Part shown: positions 7,816-15,720 of the stretch, piece after piece
Layout of the letters: each line of letters opens with the position of its first letter
Numbering within the stretch: position 1 is the first letter of the stretch
Origin: Planctomycetota bacterium
GTDB lineage: Bacteria; Planctomycetota; B15-G4; JADJEK01
Direction of reading: 5' to 3'
NCBI GenBank assembly: GCA_044225365.1
Contig: JBGAIQ010000059.1
Location: 1-32,765, forward strand
Length of the DNA stretch: 32,765 nucleotides
The notes under the pieces: generated by a model
Databases searched by the model: none
The model's input: only the letters and a program-made list of their open reading frames with translations
Told to the model about the DNA's origin: nothing
Made by a program: the position numbers and the translations under genes

Positions 7816-9507
7816 GTGTCCACCTTCGTCCATTCGCGCTCGTTCTTCGCTTCCTGGATCGTGCTATTCGCCGTCGTGGACATCGCGTACGGGGGCGTCA
7901 CGAAGATGTACTCGGCGGTGAACGGTCAAGCAGCGAACGACTTCGTCGACTTCCCGTCGATGTGTCGCAATGGGAGGTTCGTCGCGTTCAACTCTCGGGC
8001 ATCGAATCTCGGATTCGAAACGTTTCAGATGAACGAGGTCTATCTGCGCGACCTCGCAACCGGGGCGATCGAGCTCGTGAGCAAGACCGATTCCGGCGGA
8101 CCTGCCGATTCGCATAGTCACGGCGCGAGTTTCTCCTCCGACGGTCGCTTCGTTGCGTTCGCCACGTCCGCCAAGAACCTGAAGCCCGGAGGGGGCAACG
8201 GGTACGACTACGACATCGTGGTCCACGATCGACTCCTCGGAACGAACGAGCTGTGCAGCATCGGACTCCTCGGCGCGGCCGCGAACGGCAAGTCGCTCGG
8301 CGCGGCGATCTCCGGCGATGCCCGCTACGTCGCGTTCAGCTCGGACGCGACGAATCTCGTCCCGAACGATACGAACGGAATGGAAGACGTCTTTCGGTTC
8401 GATCGCGTGACGAAGACGACCGTGCAGGTGAACGTCACCGCGAGCGGCGTTCCCGCCGCCGGCTTCGATCCGAATCCGTCATACGGCGTGCAGATCTCCG
8501 ACGACGGTCGCTACGTCGCGTTCTCCAGCCGACTTCCTCTCGGTCCCGAGAAGCCCGCCGTGGGCGCGAACGATGTCTGGCGCAAGGACCTCGTGACCGG
8601 CGCAATCGTTTGCGCGAGCGTGTCCACCCTCGGCGCCACCGCATCGGGCGCCGAGTCGCTCTCGATGAGCATGACGCCCGACGGTCATCAAATCGTATTC
8701 GCCTCCACCGGCATGAATCTGGTCGTGTTGCCGGTCAAGACGAGTCCCGTGTACGACATCTTCGTGCGCGACGTCGATGCGGGCCTCACGAGCGCCGTGA
8801 GTTTGAAGAACGACGGGACGTATGGGAACGCACAGTGCTTCTACGGGTCGATTTCGTCCGACGGTCGGTTCGTCGCGTTCGCGAGCGGGGCGGCCGATTT
8901 CGCGCCGCCTACCGACAGCAACGGCGGCTACGACGTGTTCGTGCGCGATCGCGTGCTCGGCACGACGGAGCGGATCGCCCTCACTCCGGACGACCAGGCG
9001 GCGGCCCAGGCGAACTTCGCGCCCGCGATCTCGGGCGATGGGATGACGGTCGCCTTCGGAGGTTCGGGAAGCGATCTCGATCCGGCAGTCTCACTGGGCT
9101 CGAATGGGCTCACGGCCGCATTCGTTCGCTATCGCGATGGCTTCCGCTCGCTCGGCGGCGGCATCCCGGGAGGGAGCGGTATCCCGCAGCTCTCCGCAGC
9201 CGGCGGAGTCGCGCCGGGAGACAAGGGCGTGGTGCGAATCGCAGCGGCCGCCGCGAACGAACTCGCTCTCGTGCTGGTCGCGACGAACGTATCGGCGACG
9301 CCGTTCAAGGGCGGGACTCTGTCGGCGGTTCCCGCGGCCGTCGTCCTCGGTACCGCGACGGACGCGCTCGGATCGCTCGCCATGCACTACGCGATGCCTC
9401 CCGCGCCCATCGCCGTCGGGCTCGTCTACGTCCAGGTCGTGATCCACGACCCTTCCGCGATCGAGGGCGTCGCCGTGTCCAACGTTCTCTGTGCGGCGTT
9501 GCCCTGA
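7816..9507 (+). CDS. Secreted TolB-like/PD40 (WD40) repeat protein with a ~120-aa C-terminal domain
   Basis: AAGGAG RBS (7804-7809) before GTG 7816 and a signal-like N-terminus. Repeated ISxDGRxVAFxS and xxxRDxxxG motifs. The upstream part of ORF 6463..9507 is a shadow of the acyltransferase gene. Confidence 0.85.
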   Translation: MSTFVHSRSFFASWIVLFAVVDIAYGGVTKMYSAVNGQAANDFVDFPSMCRNGRFVAFNSRASNLGFETFQMNEVYLRDLATGAIELVSKTDSGGPADSHSHGASFSSDGRFVAFATSAKNLKPGGGNGYDYDIVVHDRLLGTNELCSIGLLGAAANGKSLGAAISGDARYVAFSSDATNLVPNDTNGMEDVFRFDRVTKTTVQVNVTASGVPAAGFDPNPSYGVQISDDGRYVAFSSRLPLGPEKPAVGANDVWRKDLVTGAIVCASVSTLGATASGAESLSMSMTPDGHQIVFASTGMNLVVLPVKTSPVYDIFVRDVDAGLTSAVSLKNDGTYGNAQCFYGSISSDGRFVAFASGAADFAPPTDSNGGYDVFVRDRVLGTTERIALTPDDQAAAQANFAPAISGDGMTVAFGGSGSDLDPAVSLGSNGLTAAFVRYRDGFRSLGGGIPGGSGIPQLSAAGGVAPGDKGVVRIAAAAANELALVLVATNVSATPFKGGTLSAVPAAVVLGTATDALGSLAMHYAMPPAPIAVGLVYVQVVIHDPSAIEGVAVSNVLCAALP

Positions 9508-9604
9508 CGGAATGACCGCGAGCGAGGGTTTGAGCTACACTCGTACCTCCTCATCGAATCATTCGTCGACCACGATGTTCGTCGAATCCTCCCGAGGTCT
9601 CGCC

Positions 9605-10693
9605 ATGAGTGATGCGCCGCACCCGATCGTCAAGGTCTTCGGAGACAAGGGCTGCCAGTCCTATTGGATCGCGTGCCCGACGACGAAGCAGGCGATCCTC
9701 GTCGATCCCAAGCTCGGCCGTCGCGACGCCTATCGCAAGGCCGCCGCGGCGTACGGGCTCACGCCGGTCGCGGTTCTCGACACACATACGCACGCCGATC
9801 ACCTGTCGGATTCGGTCGCCTTCGTGCGGGACGGGCTCACGCTCTACATGTCCGCGCGAACGACCTGCCGTCGAAATCACGTGGGCGTGAAGGACGGCGA
9901 CGAGATCGCTCTCGGTCACTTGCGATTGAAGGTGATCGAAGTCCCCGGCCATACCGGGGACTCGATCGCGTTGTACATCGCGGGTGAACCGGGCCTCGTC
10001 GTCACCGGCGACTCGCTCCTCGTCGGCGCGCTCGGTCGCACGGACTTTCGCGGCGGCGACGCGGCGCAGCAGTACGAGTCGGTGAGCAAGAAGCTACTGA
10101 CGCTGCCTCGAGACACGGTCGTCCTTCCCGGGCACGGGTATCGCGACGTCCTGTTCTCGACGATCGACGTCGAGCGCATGAAGAACCCGGCGCTCGCGGC
10201 GAGGTCCGCGTCGGAGTACGCGGCGAAGGTCGCGGACGTTCCGGGCAAGGGCAACACGCCTGATGTCGATCTCATGTTGAAGTTGAACGTCGAGGCCGCA
10301 CCCGAGTTGCCCGAGGGCGGTCAAGCCGTGGTCGCCTGCTGCGATGCGGGCGGCGCGGGCGCACCGATCCCGCGGGCACGCGAGAATTCGGTGCGCGAAC
10401 TCGCGGAGCGACGGCGGGATCTCGTCGAACGCGGCGAGTGGATCGATGTTCGCGATCCGTTCGAGTTCAGAGCGAGTCGAATCCCGGGGGCGAAGAACGT
10501 TCCCTTGGGCGAACTCGGTTTCCATCTCGACGAGCTGCGTGGAAAACCCGAGCTCGTGACGCAGTGCCTCGGTGGTGTGCGCTCGATGACGGCGGCGAGG
10601 ACTCTGCAGTATCTCGGGATCCACGCCGACCCCGTGAGCATGGCGGGGGGCTTCGAGGCGTGGCAGACGGCGGGATTGCCCGTCGAATCGTGA
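9605..10693 (+). CDS. MBL-fold persulfide dioxygenase-like protein fused to a rhodanese domain
   Basis: DTHTHADHLS, PGHT, TGDSLLVGALGRTDF, VLPGHGY. C-terminal WIDVRDPFEF..RIPGAKNVPL, active loop CLGGVRS, MAGGFEAW. Confidence 0.9.
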   Translation: MSDAPHPIVKVFGDKGCQSYWIACPTTKQAILVDPKLGRRDAYRKAAAAYGLTPVAVLDTHTHADHLSDSVAFVRDGLTLYMSARTTCRRNHVGVKDGDEIALGHLRLKVIEVPGHTGDSIALYIAGEPGLVVTGDSLLVGALGRTDFRGGDAAQQYESVSKKLLTLPRDTVVLPGHGYRDVLFSTIDVERMKNPALAARSASEYAAKVADVPGKGNTPDVDLMLKLNVEAAPELPEGGQAVVACCDAGGAGAPIPRARENSVRELAERRRDLVERGEWIDVRDPFEFRASRIPGAKNVPLGELGFHLDELRGKPELVTQCLGGVRSMTAARTLQYLGIHADPVSMAGGFEAWQTAGLPVES

Positions 10694-10763
10694 ACTTCCG
10701 CGCATCGGATTCGCTCACGACCTTTGCCGATGACGCGTGCGCGTCCTGCCTTCTTGGCAAGGC

Positions 10764-10850
10764 GGCGGGCAGACAGCCGTATGCCCCTGCGGGCCGTCCT
10801 GCCCATTCACGAAACCCCGACCCGTAGGGGCGCACGGCAGTGCGCCCGTC
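10764..10850. repeat. Inverted pair of GTAG-type REP elements (REPIN/BIME-like) between convergent genes
   Basis: GTAGGGGCGCACGGCAGTGCGCCCGTC (10824-10850, stem GGGCGCAC/GTGCGCCC) and a degenerate inverted copy at 10764-10790 (reverse complement GCAGGGGCATACGGCTGTCTGCCCGCC, 20/27 identical). Confidence 0.75.
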
Positions 10851-10890
10851 GTGGCCATTCACCAAGATCGTGGACGGGCCGTAACGCCTT

Positions 10891-11634
10891 TCAACCGCCC
10901 TTGATCTTGCGCAGCAGCATCTTGATCGGGTCGTAGAAGCGGTCGACGACGCGCTCCTTGAGCGGGATGATCGCGTTGTCCGTGATCGTGATGTGCTCGG
11001 GGCACACGGTCGTGCAGCACTTCGTGATGTTGCAGTAGCCGATGCCGCCCTCTTCCTTCGTCGCCTCGAGGCGATCGCCCTCGTCGACGGGATGCATCTC
11101 GAGCGCGGCGATGTGGACCAGGAAGCGCGGGCCGACGAATTCATCGTGCTTGTTGTGTTCGCGGAGGACGTGGCAGACGTCCTGACACAAGAAGCACTCG
11201 ATGCACTTGCGGAACTCCTGCACCCGATCGATGTCGTCCTGCTCCACGCGCCAGGTGCCGTCCTCGGCGTCCGGCTTTCGCGGCTGGTACTTCGCGATCG
11301 ACTTCTTGACCGCGTAGTTCCAAGAGACGTCGGTGACCAGGTCCTTCAAGAGCGGGAACGTCTGCAGCGGCTCGACCATGACGGGCTGAGTCAGATCGAT
11401 GTCGGAGAGGCGCGTCATGCACATCAGCCGCGGTCGGCCATTGATCTCGGCCGAGCACGAGCCGCACTTGCCCGCTTTGCAGTTCCAGCGAACGGCGAGG
11501 TCGCTCGCCGATTCGGCCTGGATCTGATGCATGGCGTCGAGGACGACCATTCCCTCGCCGACTTCGGTCGAGTAGTCCTTGAACTCTCCGCCGCTCTTGT
11601 CGCCGCGCCAGACTCGAAACGTCGCTCGCACCAT
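10891..11634 (-). CDS. sdhB: Succinate dehydrogenase/fumarate reductase iron-sulfur subunit
   Basis: WNCKAGKCGSC...C (2Fe-2S), CIECFLCQDVC and CNITKCCTTVCP cluster motifs. Confidence 0.95.
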   Translation of the reverse strand: MVRATFRVWRGDKSGGEFKDYSTEVGEGMVVLDAMHQIQAESASDLAVRWNCKAGKCGSCSAEINGRPRLMCMTRLSDIDLTQPVMVEPLQTFPLLKDLVTDVSWNYAVKKSIAKYQPRKPDAEDGTWRVEQDDIDRVQEFRKCIECFLCQDVCHVLREHNKHDEFVGPRFLVHIAALEMHPVDEGDRLEATKEEGGIGYCNITKCCTTVCPEHITITDNAIIPLKERVVDRFYDPIKMLLRKIKGG

Positions 11635-11646
11635 GGAACGGTTTCC

Positions 11647-13476
11647 TTACTTGTTCTCTTCGATGACCTGCTTCAGGTGATCCGGCAGTTCGGGGACGGG
11701 CTTCCGATCGAGTTCCATCGATCCGTCCTTGCCGCGGCGAACCACGTGCGAGAACTTCGCGAAGGTCTCCGATTTCTCCATGTAGTCCTCGCGGAAGTGA
11801 GCGCCGCGGCTCTCCTTTCGCTCGATCGCGCATCGCGCGATCGCTTCGGACACGATCATCAGGTTGTGGAGATCGAGCGCCGTGTGCCAGCCCGGGTTGT
11901 ACTCGCGGTTGCCAAAGGCGCCGACGCGCGCGACACGAGCGCGCAGCCCACTCAGCTTCTCGATCGCTTGCGCGAGATCCGCTTCGGTACGCACGATGCC
12001 GACGAGATCCTGCATCACGTTCTGGAGTTCGCTCTGCAGCGCGTAACCGTTCTCGACGCCGTTGCTGCCCGGCTCGCCGCGATCGAAGGGCGCGAGCGCG
12101 AACTTGGCCGCAGCATCGACGTCGGTGTCCTTGATCTTGCCGCCACCGTTCTCCTTCGCGAACTTCGCGGCGTACTCGCCCGCGCGTTTGCCGAAGACGA
12201 TGAGGTCGGAGAGCGAATTGCCGCCGAGGCGATTCGCGCCATGCAGACCCGCGGCGCATTCGCCCGCGGCGAAGAGACCCGGCACGCTCGACATCTGGGA
12301 GTCGCCATCGACACGCACTCCGCCCATCACGTAATGGGTGGTCGGTCCGACTTCCATCGGTTCCTTCGTGATGTCGAGGCCCGCCAGTTCCTTGAACTGG
12401 TGGTACATACTCGGGAGCTTCTTCTTGATGTGGGTCTCAGAGTCCTTGATCTTCTCCTTGATCCACGCGATGTCGAGGAAGACGCCGCCGTGCGGACTGC
12501 CGCGGCCACCGCGGACCTCGCGCATGATGCAGCGCGCGACGTGATCGCGGGTCAGGAGTTCAGGAGGACGCCGGGCGTTCTTGTCGCCCTGCGTGTACCG
12601 CCAACCCTCTTCGGGGTCGCTCGCGGTCTGGTTCTTGTAGTTCGCCGGGATGTCGTCGAACATGAAGCGCTTGCCCTGCGAGTTGCGCAGGACGCCGCCT
12701 TCACCGCGCACGCCTTCGGTCACCAGGATGCCGCGAACCGAGGGCGGCCAGACCATTCCCGTGGGATGGAACTGGACGTACTCCATGTCCTGCAGTTCGG
12801 CGCCGGCTTCGTAGGCGAGGCCCTGACCATCGCCCGTGTATTCCCAACTGTTGCTCGTGATCTTGTAGGCGCGCCCGATGCCGCCCGTCGCGAGCACGAT
12901 GGCCTTCGCCTTGAACAAACGGAAGCGACCGCGCTCGCGGTCGTAGCCGAATGCGCCGACGACGCGATCGCCATCCTTCAGGAGGCGAATGACGGTGCAC
13001 TCCATGTAGATCTCGATCCCCTGGTGGATCCCGTGGTCCTGCAGGGTGCGAATCATCTCGAGGCCGGTGCGGTCGCCGACGTGGGCGAGGCGCGGATAGC
13101 GATGGCCGCCGAAATTGCGTTGCAGGATCTTGCCGTCCCTCGTGCGGTCGAACACCGCGCCCCAGGCCTCGAGTTCCTTGACGCGCGCCGGAGCTTCCTT
13201 GGCGTGAAGTTCGGCATGGCGCCAGTTGTTCACGTACTGGCCGCCGCGCATCGTGTCGGCGAAGTGCACCTTCCACGAGTCGCGGTCGTCGACGTTGGCG
13301 AGAGCCGCGGCCATGCCGCCCTCCGCCATCACGGTGTGCGCCTTGCCGAGCAGCGACTTGCAGATGAGGCCGACCGATACACCGGCCGCGGAGGCTTCGA
13401 TTGCGGCGCGCAATCCCGCGCCGCCGGCGCCGATCACGATCACGTCGTGTTCGTGCGTCTGGAACTCAGCGGCCAT
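11647..13476 (-). CDS. sdhA: Succinate dehydrogenase/fumarate reductase flavoprotein subunit
   Basis: GAGGAGLRAA, KAHTVMAEGG (FAD-His), QFHPTG, TEGVRGEGG, HYVMGG, HGANRLGGNSL, ESRGAHFR. ATG at 13476 overlaps the upstream TGA (TGATG coupling). Confidence 0.95.
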   Translation of the reverse strand: MAAEFQTHEHDVIVIGAGGAGLRAAIEASAAGVSVGLICKSLLGKAHTVMAEGGMAAALANVDDRDSWKVHFADTMRGGQYVNNWRHAELHAKEAPARVKELEAWGAVFDRTRDGKILQRNFGGHRYPRLAHVGDRTGLEMIRTLQDHGIHQGIEIYMECTVIRLLKDGDRVVGAFGYDRERGRFRLFKAKAIVLATGGIGRAYKITSNSWEYTGDGQGLAYEAGAELQDMEYVQFHPTGMVWPPSVRGILVTEGVRGEGGVLRNSQGKRFMFDDIPANYKNQTASDPEEGWRYTQGDKNARRPPELLTRDHVARCIMREVRGGRGSPHGGVFLDIAWIKEKIKDSETHIKKKLPSMYHQFKELAGLDITKEPMEVGPTTHYVMGGVRVDGDSQMSSVPGLFAAGECAAGLHGANRLGGNSLSDLIVFGKRAGEYAAKFAKENGGGKIKDTDVDAAAKFALAPFDRGEPGSNGVENGYALQSELQNVMQDLVGIVRTEADLAQAIEKLSGLRARVARVGAFGNREYNPGWHTALDLHNLMIVSEAIARCAIERKESRGAHFREDYMEKSETFAKFSHVVRRGKDGSMELDRKPVPELPDHLKQVIEENK

Positions 13477-14279
13477 CAGAAGATCCTCCAATCGGTCCAG
13501 GTCCCGGTCGAGACCATGCGCACGTAGAGATCGGTGAGTCCCACCCCGAAGAGACTGCACCAGGCGAACAGCATGTGACGCTTGTTGAGCGCGCTCGCGC
13601 AGTCGTAGGCCTTCTTACGAACGGGCGCTTTGCTGAACGTGTTCAGGAATCCGCCGATCAGATGCCGTAGCGAGTGGCAACCGAACGTGTACGACGCGAG
13701 CAAGATGACGTTCGTGGTGAGCACGAGCGTGCCGACGCCGATCCCGAAGTGTTTCACGCCGGTGGCCGCGTCGGTGAACCACATCGCCTTCCACGCGTCG
13801 TGGGCGAGGAGGAAGATGAAGATGACGGCGATGTAGAAAGCGTACCGATGCAGATTCTGCAAGATGAGCGGCAGGGAGTTCTCGCCGCGGAACGAGTTGC
13901 GCAGTTCGCCGACCGCGCATCCGGGCGGATCACCCCAGAACGCCTTGTAATACGCACCGCGGTAGTAGTAGCAGGTGAAGCGGAAGAGGCCCGGCGCCCA
14001 CAGGATGAGGAACGCTGGCGAGAAGGGCAGCGCACCGGGCCACCAGGTCGGCTTGCCGCCGAACCAGGCGTGGGGCGAATCGCCGAACAACTCCGGCGAG
14101 TAGAAGGGCGACAGATAGCCGTCGTGCCAGTAATGGGCGTTCTCGAAGGCTCTCCACGTCGAGTAGATGATGAAGGCCGAGAACCCGATGAAGGTCAACA
14201 GCGGCGAGATCCACCAACCGTCGCGACGCTGCGTCTGCGCAAAGCGTCGTCGCGGAGCCGTGAGCTGCACGGTGGGCAT
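13476..14279 (-). CDS. SDH membrane anchor of the mycobacterial Sdh1 (Rv0249c-like, type F) family
   Basis: YLSPFYSP, FRFTCYYYRGAYYKAFW.DPPGCAV, QNLHRY, YTFGCHSLRHL, NKRHMLFAW. About five TM helices; first gene of the sdh operon. Confidence 0.85.
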   Translation of the reverse strand: MPTVQLTAPRRRFAQTQRRDGWWISPLLTFIGFSAFIIYSTWRAFENAHYWHDGYLSPFYSPELFGDSPHAWFGGKPTWWPGALPFSPAFLILWAPGLFRFTCYYYRGAYYKAFWGDPPGCAVGELRNSFRGENSLPLILQNLHRYAFYIAVIFIFLLAHDAWKAMWFTDAATGVKHFGIGVGTLVLTTNVILLASYTFGCHSLRHLIGGFLNTFSKAPVRKKAYDCASALNKRHMLFAWCSLFGVGLTDLYVRMVSTGTWTDWRIF

Positions 14280-14505
14280 CGCTCCTCCTGGGATTGAAGC
14301 GCGAGGGAATCGAACTCGAGGCAGTTCGGGGACCAGTTACGAAGCGAAACAAGGTAACGGGCATCGCGACGGGATGCAACGCGCGAAAAGGTCGCGGGGG
14401 CGAGGGGTTGGCGGCGAGTTCCCAAGGAGCGAGGGATTGGCGCGTCTTTCGCGGTGGGTCGCCGATCCAACGCAAGAAGCGCTTCCCTATCCCCGAGTGT
14501 ACGCA

Positions 14506-15636
14506 ATGAACTCCATCTCCGTCCTCCCTCGATCCAACCCGACCGTTCACGATTCGCAACGTTGGTCCATCGTCGCTCGAACCTGTGGACTCCTCGTCGC
14601 GATCGGGTCTCTCGCCGCGTCGGCGGAGGCCGCAGGCGGCAAGTACCAACTCACGGTCCTGCAATCCGATGGAACGACGGCGGCGCCGAACACCGACCCG
14701 AATCTCGTCAACCCATGGGGCCTCGCAGCGAGCCCCACGGGCCCATGGTGGATCGCGGACAACCACTCGAGTCTCTCGACGCTCGTCGATTCGACGGGCG
14801 TCAGCATCCCCACCGCGGTGTCGATCCCGGGAGCCTCGGGCGGCGGCTCGCCGACCGGCATCGTCTACAATTCCACCCAGGACTTCACGATCACGGACGG
14901 CGTGACGACGGCGCCCGCGACGTTCATCTTCGCGTCGGAAGACGGCACGATCACGGGTTGGAACACGGGCGTCCCCGCGCCCGGTCCGTCGACGGCAGCG
15001 CAGATCGCCGTCGACAATTCACTGACAGGAGCAATCTACAAAGGACTGGCGCTCGTCACGAGCCAGCAGGGCAGCTTCCTCTACGCGACCGACTTCCACA
15101 ATGCGAAGATCGACGTCTTCGACAAGGACTTCAATCAGATCAGCACGGTCGGCGGTTTCGTCGATCCGCTCATCCCGGCAGGCTTCGCTCCGTTCGGAAT
15201 CGCGTTCCTGAACAACAAGCTCTACGTGAGCTATGCGCGTCAGGATCTGACCGCGACCGACGACGTCGCCGGCAAACACCTTGGCTACGTCGACGTGTTC
15301 GCGACCGACGGCAATCTCATCTCGCGCCTCCTGAAGAAGGGCAGCCTCAACGCGCCGTGGGGCCTCGCGATCGCGCCCGCGACGTTCGGCAAGTTCAGCA
15401 ACATGCTGCTCGTCGGCAATTTCGGCGACGGCGCCATCAACGTCTACGACCCGATCACCGGCGCGCCGAAGGGCTCGTTGAAGAACACTCAGGGCAAGAA
15501 GATCAAGATCGAGGGCCTCTGGGCGCTCTCGTTCGGCAACGGCGGAACGGCGGGTCCGGTCGACTCGTTGTTCTTCACCGCCGGCCCGGCCGACGAGACG
15601 CAGGGGATCTTCGGTTCGATCACGTCGGCGCCCTGA
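14506..15636 (+). CDS. TIGR03118-family secreted beta-propeller protein (no PEP-CTERM tail)
   Basis: DPNLVNPWGLA, PWWIADN, PTGIVYN, FIFASEDGTITGW, AIYKGLA, LYATDFHN, LNAPWGLA, LLVGNFGDG, GLWALSFGNG, LFFTAGP. Signal-like segment ends ASAEA. Start position uncertain. Confidence 0.9.
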   Translation: MNSISVLPRSNPTVHDSQRWSIVARTCGLLVAIGSLAASAEAAGGKYQLTVLQSDGTTAAPNTDPNLVNPWGLAASPTGPWWIADNHSSLSTLVDSTGVSIPTAVSIPGASGGGSPTGIVYNSTQDFTITDGVTTAPATFIFASEDGTITGWNTGVPAPGPSTAAQIAVDNSLTGAIYKGLALVTSQQGSFLYATDFHNAKIDVFDKDFNQISTVGGFVDPLIPAGFAPFGIAFLNNKLYVSYARQDLTATDDVAGKHLGYVDVFATDGNLISRLLKKGSLNAPWGLAIAPATFGKFSNMLLVGNFGDGAINVYDPITGAPKGSLKNTQGKKIKIEGLWALSFGNGGTAGPVDSLFFTAGPADETQGIFGSITSAP

Positions 15637-15646
15637 CGGCTCGGGC

Positions 15647-15692
15647 CCGGCGCCGTTCGACGATCGACCGGCGCCGTTCGATTCTTCCGTTC
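15647..15692 (+). terminator. Hairpin followed by a pyrimidine tract after the TIGR03118 gene
   Basis: CGGCGCCG-t-TCGA-cga-TCGA-c-CGGCGCCG then TTCGATTCTTCCGTT. It also reads as a 14-bp direct repeat (15647-15660, 15668-15681). Confidence 0.5.
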
Positions 15693-15720
15693 CCTCCACG
15701 CCTGCGCGTAGACTCAGGCG

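Noticed and set aside
15647-15681. 14-bp direct repeat with 21-bp period as a tandem transcription-factor site
   Set aside because: Explained by self-palindromic CGGCGCCG and TCGA arms forming a terminator-like hairpin. A binding site is not excluded but is unsupported.
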